NCBI GenBank assembly: GCA_040752415.1
Contig: JBFMGU010000234.1
Coordinates: 1 to 16,684, forward strand
DNA: 16,684 bases
Source of the DNA: Myxococcota bacterium
GTDB taxonomy: Bacteria; Myxococcota; JACRCW01
Direction of reading: 5' to 3'
Part shown: in pieces, positions 6,496-14,698 of the stretch
Layout of the letters: every line of letters starts with the position of its first letter
Numbering within the stretch: position 1 is the first letter of the stretch
The notes under the pieces: model-generated
Seen by the model: the letters and a program-made list of their open reading frames with translations, nothing else
The model's database searches: none
Told to the model about the DNA's origin: nothing
Made by a program: the position numbers and the translations under genes

Positions 6496-7381
6496 GACCC
6501 AGAGTCTCGCCCCGCGCGCGCCGGTGCGCAAATCCTCGTCCACCGCCCCGTGGCCCGCGCGCGACCCCTCCGGGCCGCCCGCTCCGCTCTCCCGCCTGCC
6601 GCGCGGGGCCCTGGCGGACGTGCGCGGCCTGTTGTTCGACGTGGATGACACGCTCACCTCCCACGGGGAATTGACGAGCGAGGCCTACGCCGCATTGCAC
6701 CGCGCGCGGGCGGCGGGATTGTGGTTGTGTGCGGTGACCGGTCGCGGCGCCGGCTGGTGCGACCTGATGGCCCGCCTGTGGCCGGTGCACGCGGTGGTGG
6801 GAGAGACGGGCGGGTTTGTCTACTGGAAGACGCCGGAGGGCAGGGTTCGGGAGCAGTTCCTGCGCTCCGCCGAGCAGCTGGCAGCCGACCGGAAGCTGCG
6901 GGACCGCGTGGTGCGCGAGGTGCTCCAGAGAGTCCCGGGCGCACGCCTCTCCCGCGACAGCGCATTCCGCATCTGCGACGTGGCGTTTGACCTGGTGGAG
7001 GACGGCCCGGCCCTGGACGCGGAGGCCGCGGCGCAGATCCGTGCGCTCCTGCAACGTCGTGGGCTGACCGCGGCGCAGTCCAGCGTGCACATCAACACGT
7101 GGGTGGGTGCGTACGGCAAGCGCGAGCTCGTCGAGGAGGTGGTGGAGGAGGTGTTTGGCGCGCGGGAGCGGAAGGAGCCGCTGCACCTCTGCTACGTCGG
7201 GGACAGCCGCAACGACGGGCCGCTCTTCGCCTACTTTCCGCGCAGCGTGGGCGTGGCCAACGTGGCGCCGCTGCTGGAGGAGCTGCGCGGTCGTTCCCAG
7301 GCGCCGGCGCTGATCACGCGCAAGGCGGCGGGCGCGGGATTCGTGGAGCTGGTGGACCGCATCCTGCACGACCGCGGCTGA
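6494..7381 (+). CDS. HAD-superfamily hydrolase, subfamily IIB
   Basis: Motif I LFDVDDTLT, motif II VTGR, VVGETGG, SSVHINTW.G.YGK, motif IV VGDSRND, SVGVAN. Start uncertain (ATG 6449, ATG 6494 or GTG 6524). Confidence 0.88.
   Translation: MTQSLAPRAPVRKSSSTAPWPARDPSGPPAPLSRLPRGALADVRGLLFDVDDTLTSHGELTSEAYAALHRARAAGLWLCAVTGRGAGWCDLMARLWPVHAVVGETGGFVYWKTPEGRVREQFLRSAEQLAADRKLRDRVVREVLQRVPGARLSRDSAFRICDVAFDLVEDGPALDAEAAAQIRALLQRRGLTAAQSSVHINTWVGAYGKRELVEEVVEEVFGARERKEPLHLCYVGDSRNDGPLFAYFPRSVGVANVAPLLEELRGRSQAPALITRKAAGAGFVELVDRILHDRG
6503..6531 (-). promoter_or_regulatory. Candidate sigma70-type promoter, leaderless spacing
   Basis: TTGCGC-N17-GAGACT-N7-ATG(6495). Confidence 0.4.
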
Positions 7382-7390
7382 ATCACGACG

Positions 7391-8236
7391 TCACTCCGCG
7401 CTCAAGGCGGCGGGCGTGAAGTCCTCCGGGTTCAGCTTGGCCTCCAGGTCCACGTCCTCCAGCGACATCACCGTGGCCGAGCCCTTCTGCAGGTTTCGCA
7501 TCTCGCTCTCCAGCGGGACCACCTTGCTGCCGTCGCTGCTCTTGAGCTTCTTGAGCTTCTTGACCGAGAGCGTCTTGAGCGGCGCGCCGACCGCGTCGAA
7601 GAACTCCACCTTCAAGGGGATGAGGTGCTCCTTGTGCACGTGCACCACCACGCGGCTGTACGGCGAGCCCTGCAGCTTGGGAGTCACCTCCACCACGTAC
7701 ACGGGCTGACCGCCAATCTCGGCGTCGGGGAGGCGGTTGTAGCTCACCTCGTCGGCGCGGGCGGCGGGGACGGGGGACATGTCCAGGAAGGTGAAGTCGC
7801 TGCCCATGAAGCTCTGGCTGGCCTGCCCGGCGGCAATGCGACGCACCTTCTTGAGGTTGGGCAGGTACAGGTACTGGTCGGGCGGGCCGGAGGGGTTCTG
7901 CATCACCAGGAAGGTGGTGCCGGCCACGTCGGCGGGGCTGCGGAAGCGCACCAGGGTGCGCACGCTGCCGTCGGCGGTGCGGATGCCGCGGATCTCCAGG
8001 TCGCGGACCTTCTGCTCACCCTTGGCGGTGGTCAGCGTCATCCTCAGGCCGGCCTTCACGTTGGTGTAGAAGCTGCCGTTGCGGTCGAACGCCACGGTGA
8101 CGATGTCCTGCGCGCTCATGACCTTGCCCGGCGCCGCCGACGCTGCCGGGGCGGGTGCCTTGGCCTCCTGCGCGTGGAGGAACGACGGCAACACGGCCGC
8201 AAGCAGCGCGCCCAACCCAACCTGCATGACCTTCAT
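7391..8236 (-). CDS. Outer-membrane lipoprotein-sorting protein (LolA-like fold)
   Basis: Signal peptide (LHA|Q) and family motifs F.SPADV.GT.FL, DQYLYLP.LKKVRRI, SFMGSDFTF.D, YSR, EFFD..G...K. RBS GGAAGGAAG. Confidence 0.85.
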   Translation of the reverse strand: MKVMQVGLGALLAAVLPSFLHAQEAKAPAPAASAAPGKVMSAQDIVTVAFDRNGSFYTNVKAGLRMTLTTAKGEQKVRDLEIRGIRTADGSVRTLVRFRSPADVAGTTFLVMQNPSGPPDQYLYLPNLKKVRRIAAGQASQSFMGSDFTFLDMSPVPAARADEVSYNRLPDAEIGGQPVYVVEVTPKLQGSPYSRVVVHVHKEHLIPLKVEFFDAVGAPLKTLSVKKLKKLKSSDGSKVVPLESEMRNLQKGSATVMSLEDVDLEAKLNPEDFTPAALSAE

Positions 8237-8301
8237 GACGCTTCCTTCCGTCCTCGGGGAGGCCGCTCCTTACCAGATGGACGGCGACCGTGGCTTCCCA
8301 T

Positions 8302-10356
8302 TCACCCGTTCCCGCTCTTGTTCGTGGCGGGGGGGATGGACTCCGCAAGCTCCGCGGGGGGACGGGAGCCGTCCGAGGCACGCTCCAGGTCCACGATCAT
8401 GGTGTTCCCGACGTAGTTCTTGATCTCGTACTTGGTGATGCGGCCAATCTTGCGGACGATGTCGGCCATGCGCTCGCCTTCCCGGAAGATGATGTCCACC
8501 GGTTTGCGCAGCGGGCTCTCGGCGGGGATCTTCACCTTCAGCATCTCCGCGTAGCCCAGGATGGAGGTGAGCGGCTGGTTGAGCTCATGCGCGGCCGTGC
8601 CGGCCAGCTGGGCCACCACCGCGGCCTTCTCGCTCTTCACCAGCTGCTCCTGCGCCTGGCTGAGCCGCTGCTCGATCTTCAGGCGCTCGCGCAGGTCGCT
8701 GAAGATGCCCACCGTGGCCACCTCCTCGCCGCCCTCGTAGATGATGGACGCGGAGAGGTTCACCGGGACCTCCTCGTGGTCCTTGGTGAGGATGTTCTTG
8801 CGCATGGAGGAGAGCTTGCCGCGGCCGCCGTACGCGTCGCTGCGCAGCGCCACCATGATCTCGCGCGCCACGCCGGTGGGATACAGCCGGCTCACGTGGA
8901 TGCGACCAATGACCTCGTCGGCGCGGTAGCCGTAGATGTTCTCCGCGCCCTTGTTGAACAGGATGACGTTGCCCTTGATGTCCGCGGCAATGATGGCATC
9001 CACGCTGGAGTTGATGAGGTTCTCCAGGAACTCCTTGGTGGCCTTGAGCTCCGTCTGCATCTCGCGCAGCTCGGTGACGTCGCGGAAGCTGATCATGCAC
9101 AGGCGGTCGCGGCTCCCGGCCTCTCCCACCGCGCCGGCGGAGCAGGACAGGCAGCGCTCGTTCCCGCCGTCGACCACGGCGTAGATGTCGAAGGTCTTGC
9201 GGTAGCGCCCGGCCACCACCTCCCCCAGCACCTTCTCCAGCATCTGCACGCTGTCGGCGGCCAGGAACTCGGTGAGCTGGCGGCCCAGCACCTCGCTCTT
9301 GGTGAGACCCAGCGCGGCCGCGCCCTCGCGGTTGGCGTAGATGACCGTGGCGTCGGAATCCAGGATCACCATGCCGTCGGCGGCGTCCTCGAAGAAGCCC
9401 TCGTAGCGCTGCAACGCACGCAGCCGCGCCTCGGTGCGCTCCCGCTCCTTGAAGATGCGCTCGGAGGAGGCGCGCGCACCCTCGAAGAGCCGCGCGTTGC
9501 GCACCGCGATGCCGGTGGCGTTGGCCACGGTCTGGCCGAACTGCATCTCGCGCTCATTGGGCGGGCGGCGCCTCTGCCGGCTGCGCAGGAAGAACACGCC
9601 GGTGACCTTCTCCTCGACGAGGATGGGGATCACGATGGACGTGCCGCTGATGAGGCCGGGTGCGCTCTCCCGCGCGGATGAGAGCAGGTCGCTGTGCTCC
9701 GCGTCCTCGATCACCAGCGGCGCACCCGTCTCCAGGACCTTGTTGATCTCGGGGTACTTGCGCAGGCTGACGCGCAGGTCCTTGGTGTTGCGGTTCTCGC
9801 TCACCGCCACCACCACGCCCTCCTGCGTCTCCGCGTCCACCATGACGATGGAGCAGCGCTCCACGCCCATGACCTGCGCAATGAGTCGACACGCGGAGTG
9901 CAGGATGAGCGGGATCTGCAGGCTGGAGGAGAGCGTCTGGCTCAGCTCCAGCAGGGCGGCGGCGTCGCGCTTGTGGCGCTCGGTCTCGTCGAGGGCGCGC
10001 TGGCGGAGGGCGGACGCGGTGATGCGGACCACCAGCTCATTGGCGCGCAGCGGCAGCAGCACGAAGTCGTCGGCGCCGGCTTCCAGGATGGAGGCCACGT
10101 TGCAGGTCTCCCCGCCGCCGCACACCACGAGCACCCGCACCGGCTCGGACCACAGGTCCAGCAGCTCGCGCACGCGCCCGGCCACCGGCGGCGTGCCCGT
10201 CTCGGTGAGCACCACCACGCGCGGCGGGGCGGTGTTGCGGAGCGCGGCCACCTCCGCGAGGACCTCCACGGTGAAGCCCGCCTGGGACAGTCCCTGCGCC
10301 ACCTCGGTGGTCAGGTCGTCCTGGGGCAGCAACAGCACCACGCGGTTGTCCGTCAT
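8302..10356 (-). CDS. Atypical sensor protein: degenerate REC-GAF-PAS-PAS-HisKA, no HATPase domain
   Basis: REC remnant (LEAGADDFVLLP), GAF (ERCSIVMV...IPILVEEKVTGVFFL...IAVRNARLFE), two PAS domains (FFEDAADGMVILD; LINSSVDAIIAADIKGNVILFNKGAENIYGY), H-box AAHELNQPL. It ends with no N/G1/F/G2 boxes. ATG 10356 overlaps the larC stop (ATGA). Confidence 0.9.
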   Translation of the reverse strand: MTDNRVVLLLPQDDLTTEVAQGLSQAGFTVEVLAEVAALRNTAPPRVVVLTETGTPPVAGRVRELLDLWSEPVRVLVVCGGGETCNVASILEAGADDFVLLPLRANELVVRITASALRQRALDETERHKRDAAALLELSQTLSSSLQIPLILHSACRLIAQVMGVERCSIVMVDAETQEGVVVAVSENRNTKDLRVSLRKYPEINKVLETGAPLVIEDAEHSDLLSSARESAPGLISGTSIVIPILVEEKVTGVFFLRSRQRRRPPNEREMQFGQTVANATGIAVRNARLFEGARASSERIFKERERTEARLRALQRYEGFFEDAADGMVILDSDATVIYANREGAAALGLTKSEVLGRQLTEFLAADSVQMLEKVLGEVVAGRYRKTFDIYAVVDGGNERCLSCSAGAVGEAGSRDRLCMISFRDVTELREMQTELKATKEFLENLINSSVDAIIAADIKGNVILFNKGAENIYGYRADEVIGRIHVSRLYPTGVAREIMVALRSDAYGGRGKLSSMRKNILTKDHEEVPVNLSASIIYEGGEEVATVGIFSDLRERLKIEQRLSQAQEQLVKSEKAAVVAQLAGTAAHELNQPLTSILGYAEMLKVKIPAESPLRKPVDIIFREGERMADIVRKIGRITKYEIKNYVGNTMIVDLERASDGSRPPAELAESIPPATNKSGNG

Positions 10357-11663
10357 GCTCCACCCGCCTTCTGGCTCAGCTCCCACGCCGCCAACGCCAG
10401 CGCGTGGATGCGCGCGGGGGTCAGCCCGGCGGCACGCGCGGCGGCCACGCAATCATCATGCTCCGGCGTGGCGTGCACGTCCTGGCCATCCCAGGTTGCC
10501 ACCTTCACGCGCACCTTGCCGCCGGGCGTCTCCACCTCCACCACCCGTCGTGACGCCACGCTGCGCGACGCACCCCGGTAGCGCACCCCCAGCGTGCTGG
10601 TCTGCCTCAGGATGACCGCGGTGACGGGCTCCCGCGCGGCCGGCTCCACCAGCGCGCTGAGGGTCCACCCCGGGCGACCCTTCTTCATCACCACCGGCGT
10701 CACCCACGCGTCCAACGCGCCCGCCTCCAGGCACGCGCTGAGCGCATGGGCCATCCACTGTGGCGTGCTGTCATCCACGTTGGTCTCGACGAGGATCACG
10801 TCGGCGGGCGGCTCCTTCTCCTCGCGGCGGCCCGCTTCCCCCAGCCACAGGCGCAAGAGGTTGGCGCGCTCCGGCGGGTCCTTCTTGCCGAGCCCATGTC
10901 CCTGCGCGCGCAACGTCATGGCGGGGGGCGGGCCGTAGCCCTGCGCCACCGTGGTCAGGATGGCCGCGCCGGTGGGTGTCACCGTCTCCATGCGACCGCT
11001 CAGGCCAATCACCGGCGCGCCGCGCAGCAAGAGCCCGGTGGCGGGCGCGGGAGCGGGCAACACGCCGTGCTCCATCTTGATGCTGCCGCCGCACACGCCG
11101 AAGGCGTCGCAGGTGATGCGGTGGGGCTGGAGGTGCCGGATGGCGGCAGCGGCGCCCACCATGTCGCCCAGGCTGTCGGCGGCGGCCACCTCGTGGAAGG
11201 CCACCTCCTCGACGTCAATGCCGTGGACCTCCGCCTCCGCGCGCGCCAGCCGCTCCAGGATGGCCAGCGCCAGGTCCCGCACCTCCGACGCAAGCGCGCT
11301 GCCGCGGATGCGCGCGCGGATCTCCTTCCAGGCGTGGTGCTGGTGCTCGTCGTGGGGACGGGTGCGCAGCAGGTCCCCGGGCTTGCGCTCCGCCTTCCTG
11401 ACGACGAGCGGCGGCACCTCCGCGCCGGTGGCACCGGTCTCCAGCGGATCCACCGGCACGCCGCGCGCATCCACGAAACGGACCTTCTTGCCGCGCACGC
11501 CATGGCGTTTCTCGTCGGAGACCTCCAGGCGCGCGTCCACGCCCACGGCGCGCACCGCGCGGTCCACCACCTCCGGTGGCACGCCCACGTCCAGCAGCGC
11601 GCCCAGGACCATGTCACCGGAGGCACCGGCGCCGGGGTCAAAGTGGAGCAACGTGGTGGTCAT
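10353..11663 (-). CDS. larC: Nickel pincer nucleotide cofactor biosynthesis protein LarC (nickel insertase)
   Basis: GASGDMVLGALLD, His patch HDEHQHH, AEAEVHG, FHEV...DS, HGVLPAPAPAT, TPTGAAIL, ETNVDD, MKKGRPG, TSTLGVR, PEHDDC. ATG 11663 overlaps the larB stop (ATGA). Confidence 0.95.
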   Translation of the reverse strand: MTTTLLHFDPGAGASGDMVLGALLDVGVPPEVVDRAVRAVGVDARLEVSDEKRHGVRGKKVRFVDARGVPVDPLETGATGAEVPPLVVRKAERKPGDLLRTRPHDEHQHHAWKEIRARIRGSALASEVRDLALAILERLARAEAEVHGIDVEEVAFHEVAAADSLGDMVGAAAAIRHLQPHRITCDAFGVCGGSIKMEHGVLPAPAPATGLLLRGAPVIGLSGRMETVTPTGAAILTTVAQGYGPPPAMTLRAQGHGLGKKDPPERANLLRLWLGEAGRREEKEPPADVILVETNVDDSTPQWMAHALSACLEAGALDAWVTPVVMKKGRPGWTLSALVEPAAREPVTAVILRQTSTLGVRYRGASRSVASRRVVEVETPGGKVRVKVATWDGQDVHATPEHDDCVAAARAAGLTPARIHALALAAWELSQKAGGA

Positions 11664-12439
11664 GGCGTGGTGGCGTTGGTGGGCTCGGGGGCCCGGTTGA
11701 TCAGGGAGGCGCAGTAGGCGGCGCCGAAGCCGTTGTCGATGTTCACGACGCTGACGCCGGTGGCGCAGGAGTTCAACATGGCCAGCAGCGCCGCCACGCC
11801 ACCAAAGGCCGCGCCGTAGCCCACGCTGGTGGGGACGGCGATGACCGGCGCCTGCACCAGGCCGGCCACCACGCTGGGCAGCGCGCCCTCCATCCCCGCC
11901 ACCACGACGATGCACGTGGCCTGCTGCAGCCGGGGCCGCTCGGCGAGGACGCGGTGGAGGCCGGCCACGCCCACGTCGGTGATGCGGCCCACGCGGTTGC
12001 CCAGCGCGTGCAGCGTGATGGCGGCCTCCTCGGCCACGGGGAGGTCGGAGGTTCCAGCGCAGACCACCAGCACCTCGCCACGACCGCGGTCACGCCAGGG
12101 CTGGGCCAGGCGGAGCCAGATGCGGGCCACGGGGTAGTACTCCCCGTCGGGGATGGCGTCCTTGAGCTGGACCGCCTTGTCGGGATGCAGCCGGGTGACC
12201 AGCGCGGTCTGGCCCTTGCGGTTGAGCTCCTGGCAGATGGCGGCCACCTGCGCGGCGGTCTTCCCCTCGCCGAAGATGACCTCGGGGTCGCCGCGACGGA
12301 GCGCGCGGAAGTGATCCACCCGCGCAAAGTCCTCCAGGTCCTTGTAGGGGAGCTCCTTGAGCTGCTCGAGCGCGTTGAGGGGAGGCAGCTTGCCGTCACG
12401 CACCGATTCAAGGAGGTTGAGCAGGTCCCTGGCGTTCAC
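11660..12439 (-). CDS. larB: Nickel pincer nucleotide cofactor biosynthesis protein LarB (PurE-like carboxylase/hydrolase)
   Basis: FARVDHFR, PEVIFGEGKT, AGTSDLPVAEEA, DVGVAGLHR, AGMEGALPSVV, VPTSVGYG, MLNSC, NIDNGFGAA. GTG start after AGGGA. Confidence 0.95.
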   Translation of the reverse strand: MNARDLLNLLESVRDGKLPPLNALEQLKELPYKDLEDFARVDHFRALRRGDPEVIFGEGKTAAQVAAICQELNRKGQTALVTRLHPDKAVQLKDAIPDGEYYPVARIWLRLAQPWRDRGRGEVLVVCAGTSDLPVAEEAAITLHALGNRVGRITDVGVAGLHRVLAERPRLQQATCIVVVAGMEGALPSVVAGLVQAPVIAVPTSVGYGAAFGGVAALLAMLNSCATGVSVVNIDNGFGAAYCASLINRAPEPTNATTP

Positions 12440-12469
12440 GAAAGAATCCCTGGTGGCAAAGAGGCCGGC

Positions 12470-12498
12470 ACCCTAGCACCGCGGCGGCGTGGGTGCAG
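12470..12498 (-). promoter_or_regulatory. Candidate sigma70-type promoter of the larBC operon
   Basis: CTGCAC-N17-TAGGGT with an extended -10 (TGcTAGGGT), 30 nt upstream of the larB GTG. Confidence 0.45.
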
Positions 12499-12562
12499 AT
12501 CCCCGGCTCCCCCTCGGGGCCGGCCCTGGTTCCACGCGGTCGTGGAGCGCTCGTGTGCCCCC

Positions 12563-12571
12563 TGGTACAGT
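12563..12571 (+). promoter_or_regulatory. Extended -10 element, leaderless spacing
   Basis: TGgTACAGT-N7-ATG(12579). No Shine-Dalgarno sequence in between. Confidence 0.5.
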
Positions 12572-12578
12572 GAGCTCC

Positions 12579-12773
12579 ATGGAGCCGGTGGTCCGGAAGT
12601 TCACCCGATTCGCGGACGCCGACGCGTCGGACGCGCGCTACTACGCCGAGCTCACGCCCTCGCAACGCCTCGACATCCTGCTGGAACTCATCGCTCAAGC
12701 CGAAGAGGGAGAGGATGAAGCTCAAGAAGGATTTCAGAGAGTTTATTCAGTTGTTCCACTCCATGGGCGTTGA
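12579..12773 (+). CDS. Small (64 aa) acidic partner protein of the nucleotidyltransferase; putative antitoxin
   Basis: MEPVVRKFTRFADADASDARYYAELTPSQRLDILLELI...FQRVYSVVPL. The Y(W/Y)xxLTPx(E/Q)RL pattern is recalled from small ORFs upstream of such NTases. It has a promoter directly upstream and overlaps the next gene by 59 nt. Confidence 0.75.
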   Translation: MEPVVRKFTRFADADASDARYYAELTPSQRLDILLELIAQAEEGEDEAQEGFQRVYSVVPLHGR

Positions 12774-13170
12774 GTACGTGCTCGTCGGGGGCTACGCGGT
12801 GGCCTGTCACGGCTTTCCGCGCTTCACCGGGGACATCGACTTCTTCGTGCGTTCCACCCGGCACAACGCGGAGCGCATCAAGCGCGCGCTGGATGCGTTT
12901 GGCTTTGCGGACACCGGCTTGACCTTGAAGGACATCTCGTCGCCCGGAACGATTGTGCAACTCGGCATTCCCCCCAACCGCATTGACATCATCACGGAAA
13001 TCGACGGCGTCACATTCGACGAAGCCTGGGCCACCCGGCAGACCGTCAACCTTGGCGGTGTCGATGTGCAGGTGGTTTCCGCGGACGTGCTGCTGAAGAA
13101 CAAACGCGCCTCTGGGCGGCCCAAGGACCTGCTTGACGTCGTGGAGCTGGAGAAGGTGCTGAAACGCTGA
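12715..13170 (+). CDS. Minimal nucleotidyltransferase (DUF6036 / AbiEii-MenT-like superfamily), 151 aa
   Basis: YVLVGGYAV..HG.PRFTGDIDFFV (GG motif plus DxD), RIDII (third Asp), C-terminal NKRASGRPKDLLD. Strong RBS GAGGGAGAGG. Confidence 0.9.
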   Translation: MKLKKDFREFIQLFHSMGVEYVLVGGYAVACHGFPRFTGDIDFFVRSTRHNAERIKRALDAFGFADTGLTLKDISSPGTIVQLGIPPNRIDIITEIDGVTFDEAWATRQTVNLGGVDVQVVSADVLLKNKRASGRPKDLLDVVELEKVLKR

Positions 13171-13185
13171 GTGCACGTGCCGGCG

Positions 13186-13869
13186 TCACGGCGCGGCCAG
13201 CGTCTCCTCCACCGCGTCGAGGACGCGCGGGTCGGTGATCATCCAGGGGTGCAGCGCCACGGGGAAGGTGCGGTGCCGCGCGCCGGGAAGCTCCGAGCTG
13301 GTGGCGGGGACGATCATCAGGTCCAGCGGCGTGTAGAACGCGTGCACCTCCGTGCCCGGGCACACACGGTCCGACGTGGAAAGCTCACGCAGCAGCGCGC
13401 TGCCGGGTCGCATCTCGGCGGCACCGGTGTTGAGTCGGCCAAACGCGGTGAGCGTCCCATGATGCGGTCCGGAGATGGAGACGTAGCGACGGGTGTGCTC
13501 ACAGCCGCGCAGCTTCTGGAGCCAGGTGCGGGCCACCAATGCGCCCATGGAGAAACCCACCACGTCCACGCGCGGACTGCCGGTGCGACGCACCACATCC
13601 CGCGCCATCCCGTCGACCTGCGCCGCCAGCTCCACCAGGCTGACGTCACCGTTGTTGGGACGCAGGTCCACCGCCTCCACGTGCGCGAAACCCGCGGCGA
13701 GCAGGCGGTCGTGGAGCGGGCGCATGCTGCCGGGTCCGTCGTCAATCCCGTGCACCAGGATCACCGGGACGTGGTGGCGCGCGGGCACCGGCGTGGGCAC
13801 GGGCTGGGGACGGCCGGCGCAACCGGTCAGCACGATGGTGAGGCACAAGCACGCGCCCAACGACCTCAT
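13186..13869 (-). CDS. Lipase/esterase-like alpha/beta hydrolase, predicted lipoprotein
   Basis: Lipobox LTGC, oxyanion motif PVILVHGI, nucleophile elbow GFSMG, ISGPHHGT, Asp in DLMIVP, His in LHPWM. Confidence 0.88.
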   Translation of the reverse strand: MRSLGACLCLTIVLTGCAGRPQPVPTPVPARHHVPVILVHGIDDGPGSMRPLHDRLLAAGFAHVEAVDLRPNNGDVSLVELAAQVDGMARDVVRRTGSPRVDVVGFSMGALVARTWLQKLRGCEHTRRYVSISGPHHGTLTAFGRLNTGAAEMRPGSALLRELSTSDRVCPGTEVHAFYTPLDLMIVPATSSELPGARHRTFPVALHPWMITDPRVLDAVEETLAAP

Positions 13870-13876
13870 GGGCACC

Positions 13877-13904
13877 AGTGTAGCGACGGGAAGGAACGAC
13901 TCAA
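13877..13904 (-). promoter_or_regulatory. Candidate sigma70-type promoter, leaderless spacing
   Basis: TTGAGT-N16-TACACT-N7-ATG(13869). The -35 overlaps the SDR stop codon. Confidence 0.5.
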
Positions 13905-14692
13905 GCGCCCCGTTTGCCCGCCGCCAGGTTGGCGATGGTGGCCATGGCCCGACGAGGAACGAAGCGCAGCAGGAACATGGGCAGCTTGTTGCTCATGCCC
14001 GGGATGACCGTACGCTCGCCGTGGAAGAGGCCCTGCAGGCCAATGTCCGCGCATTTCTCCGCGCTCATCATGACGGCGCGTACGGGCGCGTCCAGCTTGT
14101 GCCCGGCCACCTGGTGGAACTCGGTCTGCGTGAGCCCCGGGCACAACGCGGTGAGCTGCACCCCGGTGCCTTCCAGCTCATGCGCGATGGCTTCGGTGAA
14201 GTCGCGCACGTAGGCCTTGCCCGCGGAGTAGGTGGCGTAGAACGGGGAAGGGAGGAACGCGCCGATGGACGACACGTTGAGAATGTAGCCCCTGCCGCGC
14301 GCCTTCATGTCGCGGGCGAACAGCCAGGTCAGCTCCGTGAGCGCCACGACGTTGAGCTGCAGCTGCTCCGCGGTCTTCTCCCACGGGATGTCCACGAAGC
14401 GGTCCTGCACGCCGAACCCGGCGTTGTTGATGAGCACGTCGACGCGGCGGCCGGCACCCTCCGTCTGGGCGTGCAGCTCCCGCGCGGCGCCGGGCGCGGA
14501 GAGGTCCAGCGGCAGCACCGTGACCTGCACGCCGTGGTGGGTGCGGAGGTCGGCGGCCAGGGTTTCCAGGCGGTCCTTCCGTCGGGCGGTGATGATGATG
14601 TCCGCGCCCATGGCGGCCAGCCTGCGTGCAAAGGCTTCACCAAGTCCGCTGCTGGCGCCGGTCACCAGGGCGGTGTGCTGGGAGAGGTTCAT
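13901..14692 (-). CDS. Short-chain dehydrogenase/reductase (classical SDR, probably NADP-dependent)
   Basis: TGASSGLG, ARR after beta-2, INNAGFG, NVSS, YSAGK (YxxxK), CPG.TQTEF. Start reassigned to ATG 14692 (MNLSQHTALV). Confidence 0.93.
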   Translation of the reverse strand: MNLSQHTALVTGASSGLGEAFARRLAAMGADIIITARRKDRLETLAADLRTHHGVQVTVLPLDLSAPGAARELHAQTEGAGRRVDVLINNAGFGVQDRFVDIPWEKTAEQLQLNVVALTELTWLFARDMKARGRGYILNVSSIGAFLPSPFYATYSAGKAYVRDFTEAIAHELEGTGVQLTALCPGLTQTEFHQVAGHKLDAPVRAVMMSAEKCADIGLQGLFHGERTVIPGMSNKLPMFLLRFVPRRAMATIANLAAGKRGA

Positions 14693-14698
14693 GACGGA

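Noticed and set aside
8237..8400. Frameshifted HATPase (pseudogene) after the HisKA domain
   Set aside because: No N, G1, F or G2 box is visible in the other minus-strand frames, and there is no room before the LolA-like gene.
10353..11915. Programmed frameshift in larC, and the track's longer start at 11915
   Set aside because: larC is a single continuous frame. The extension overlaps larB, and family similarity begins at ATG 11663.
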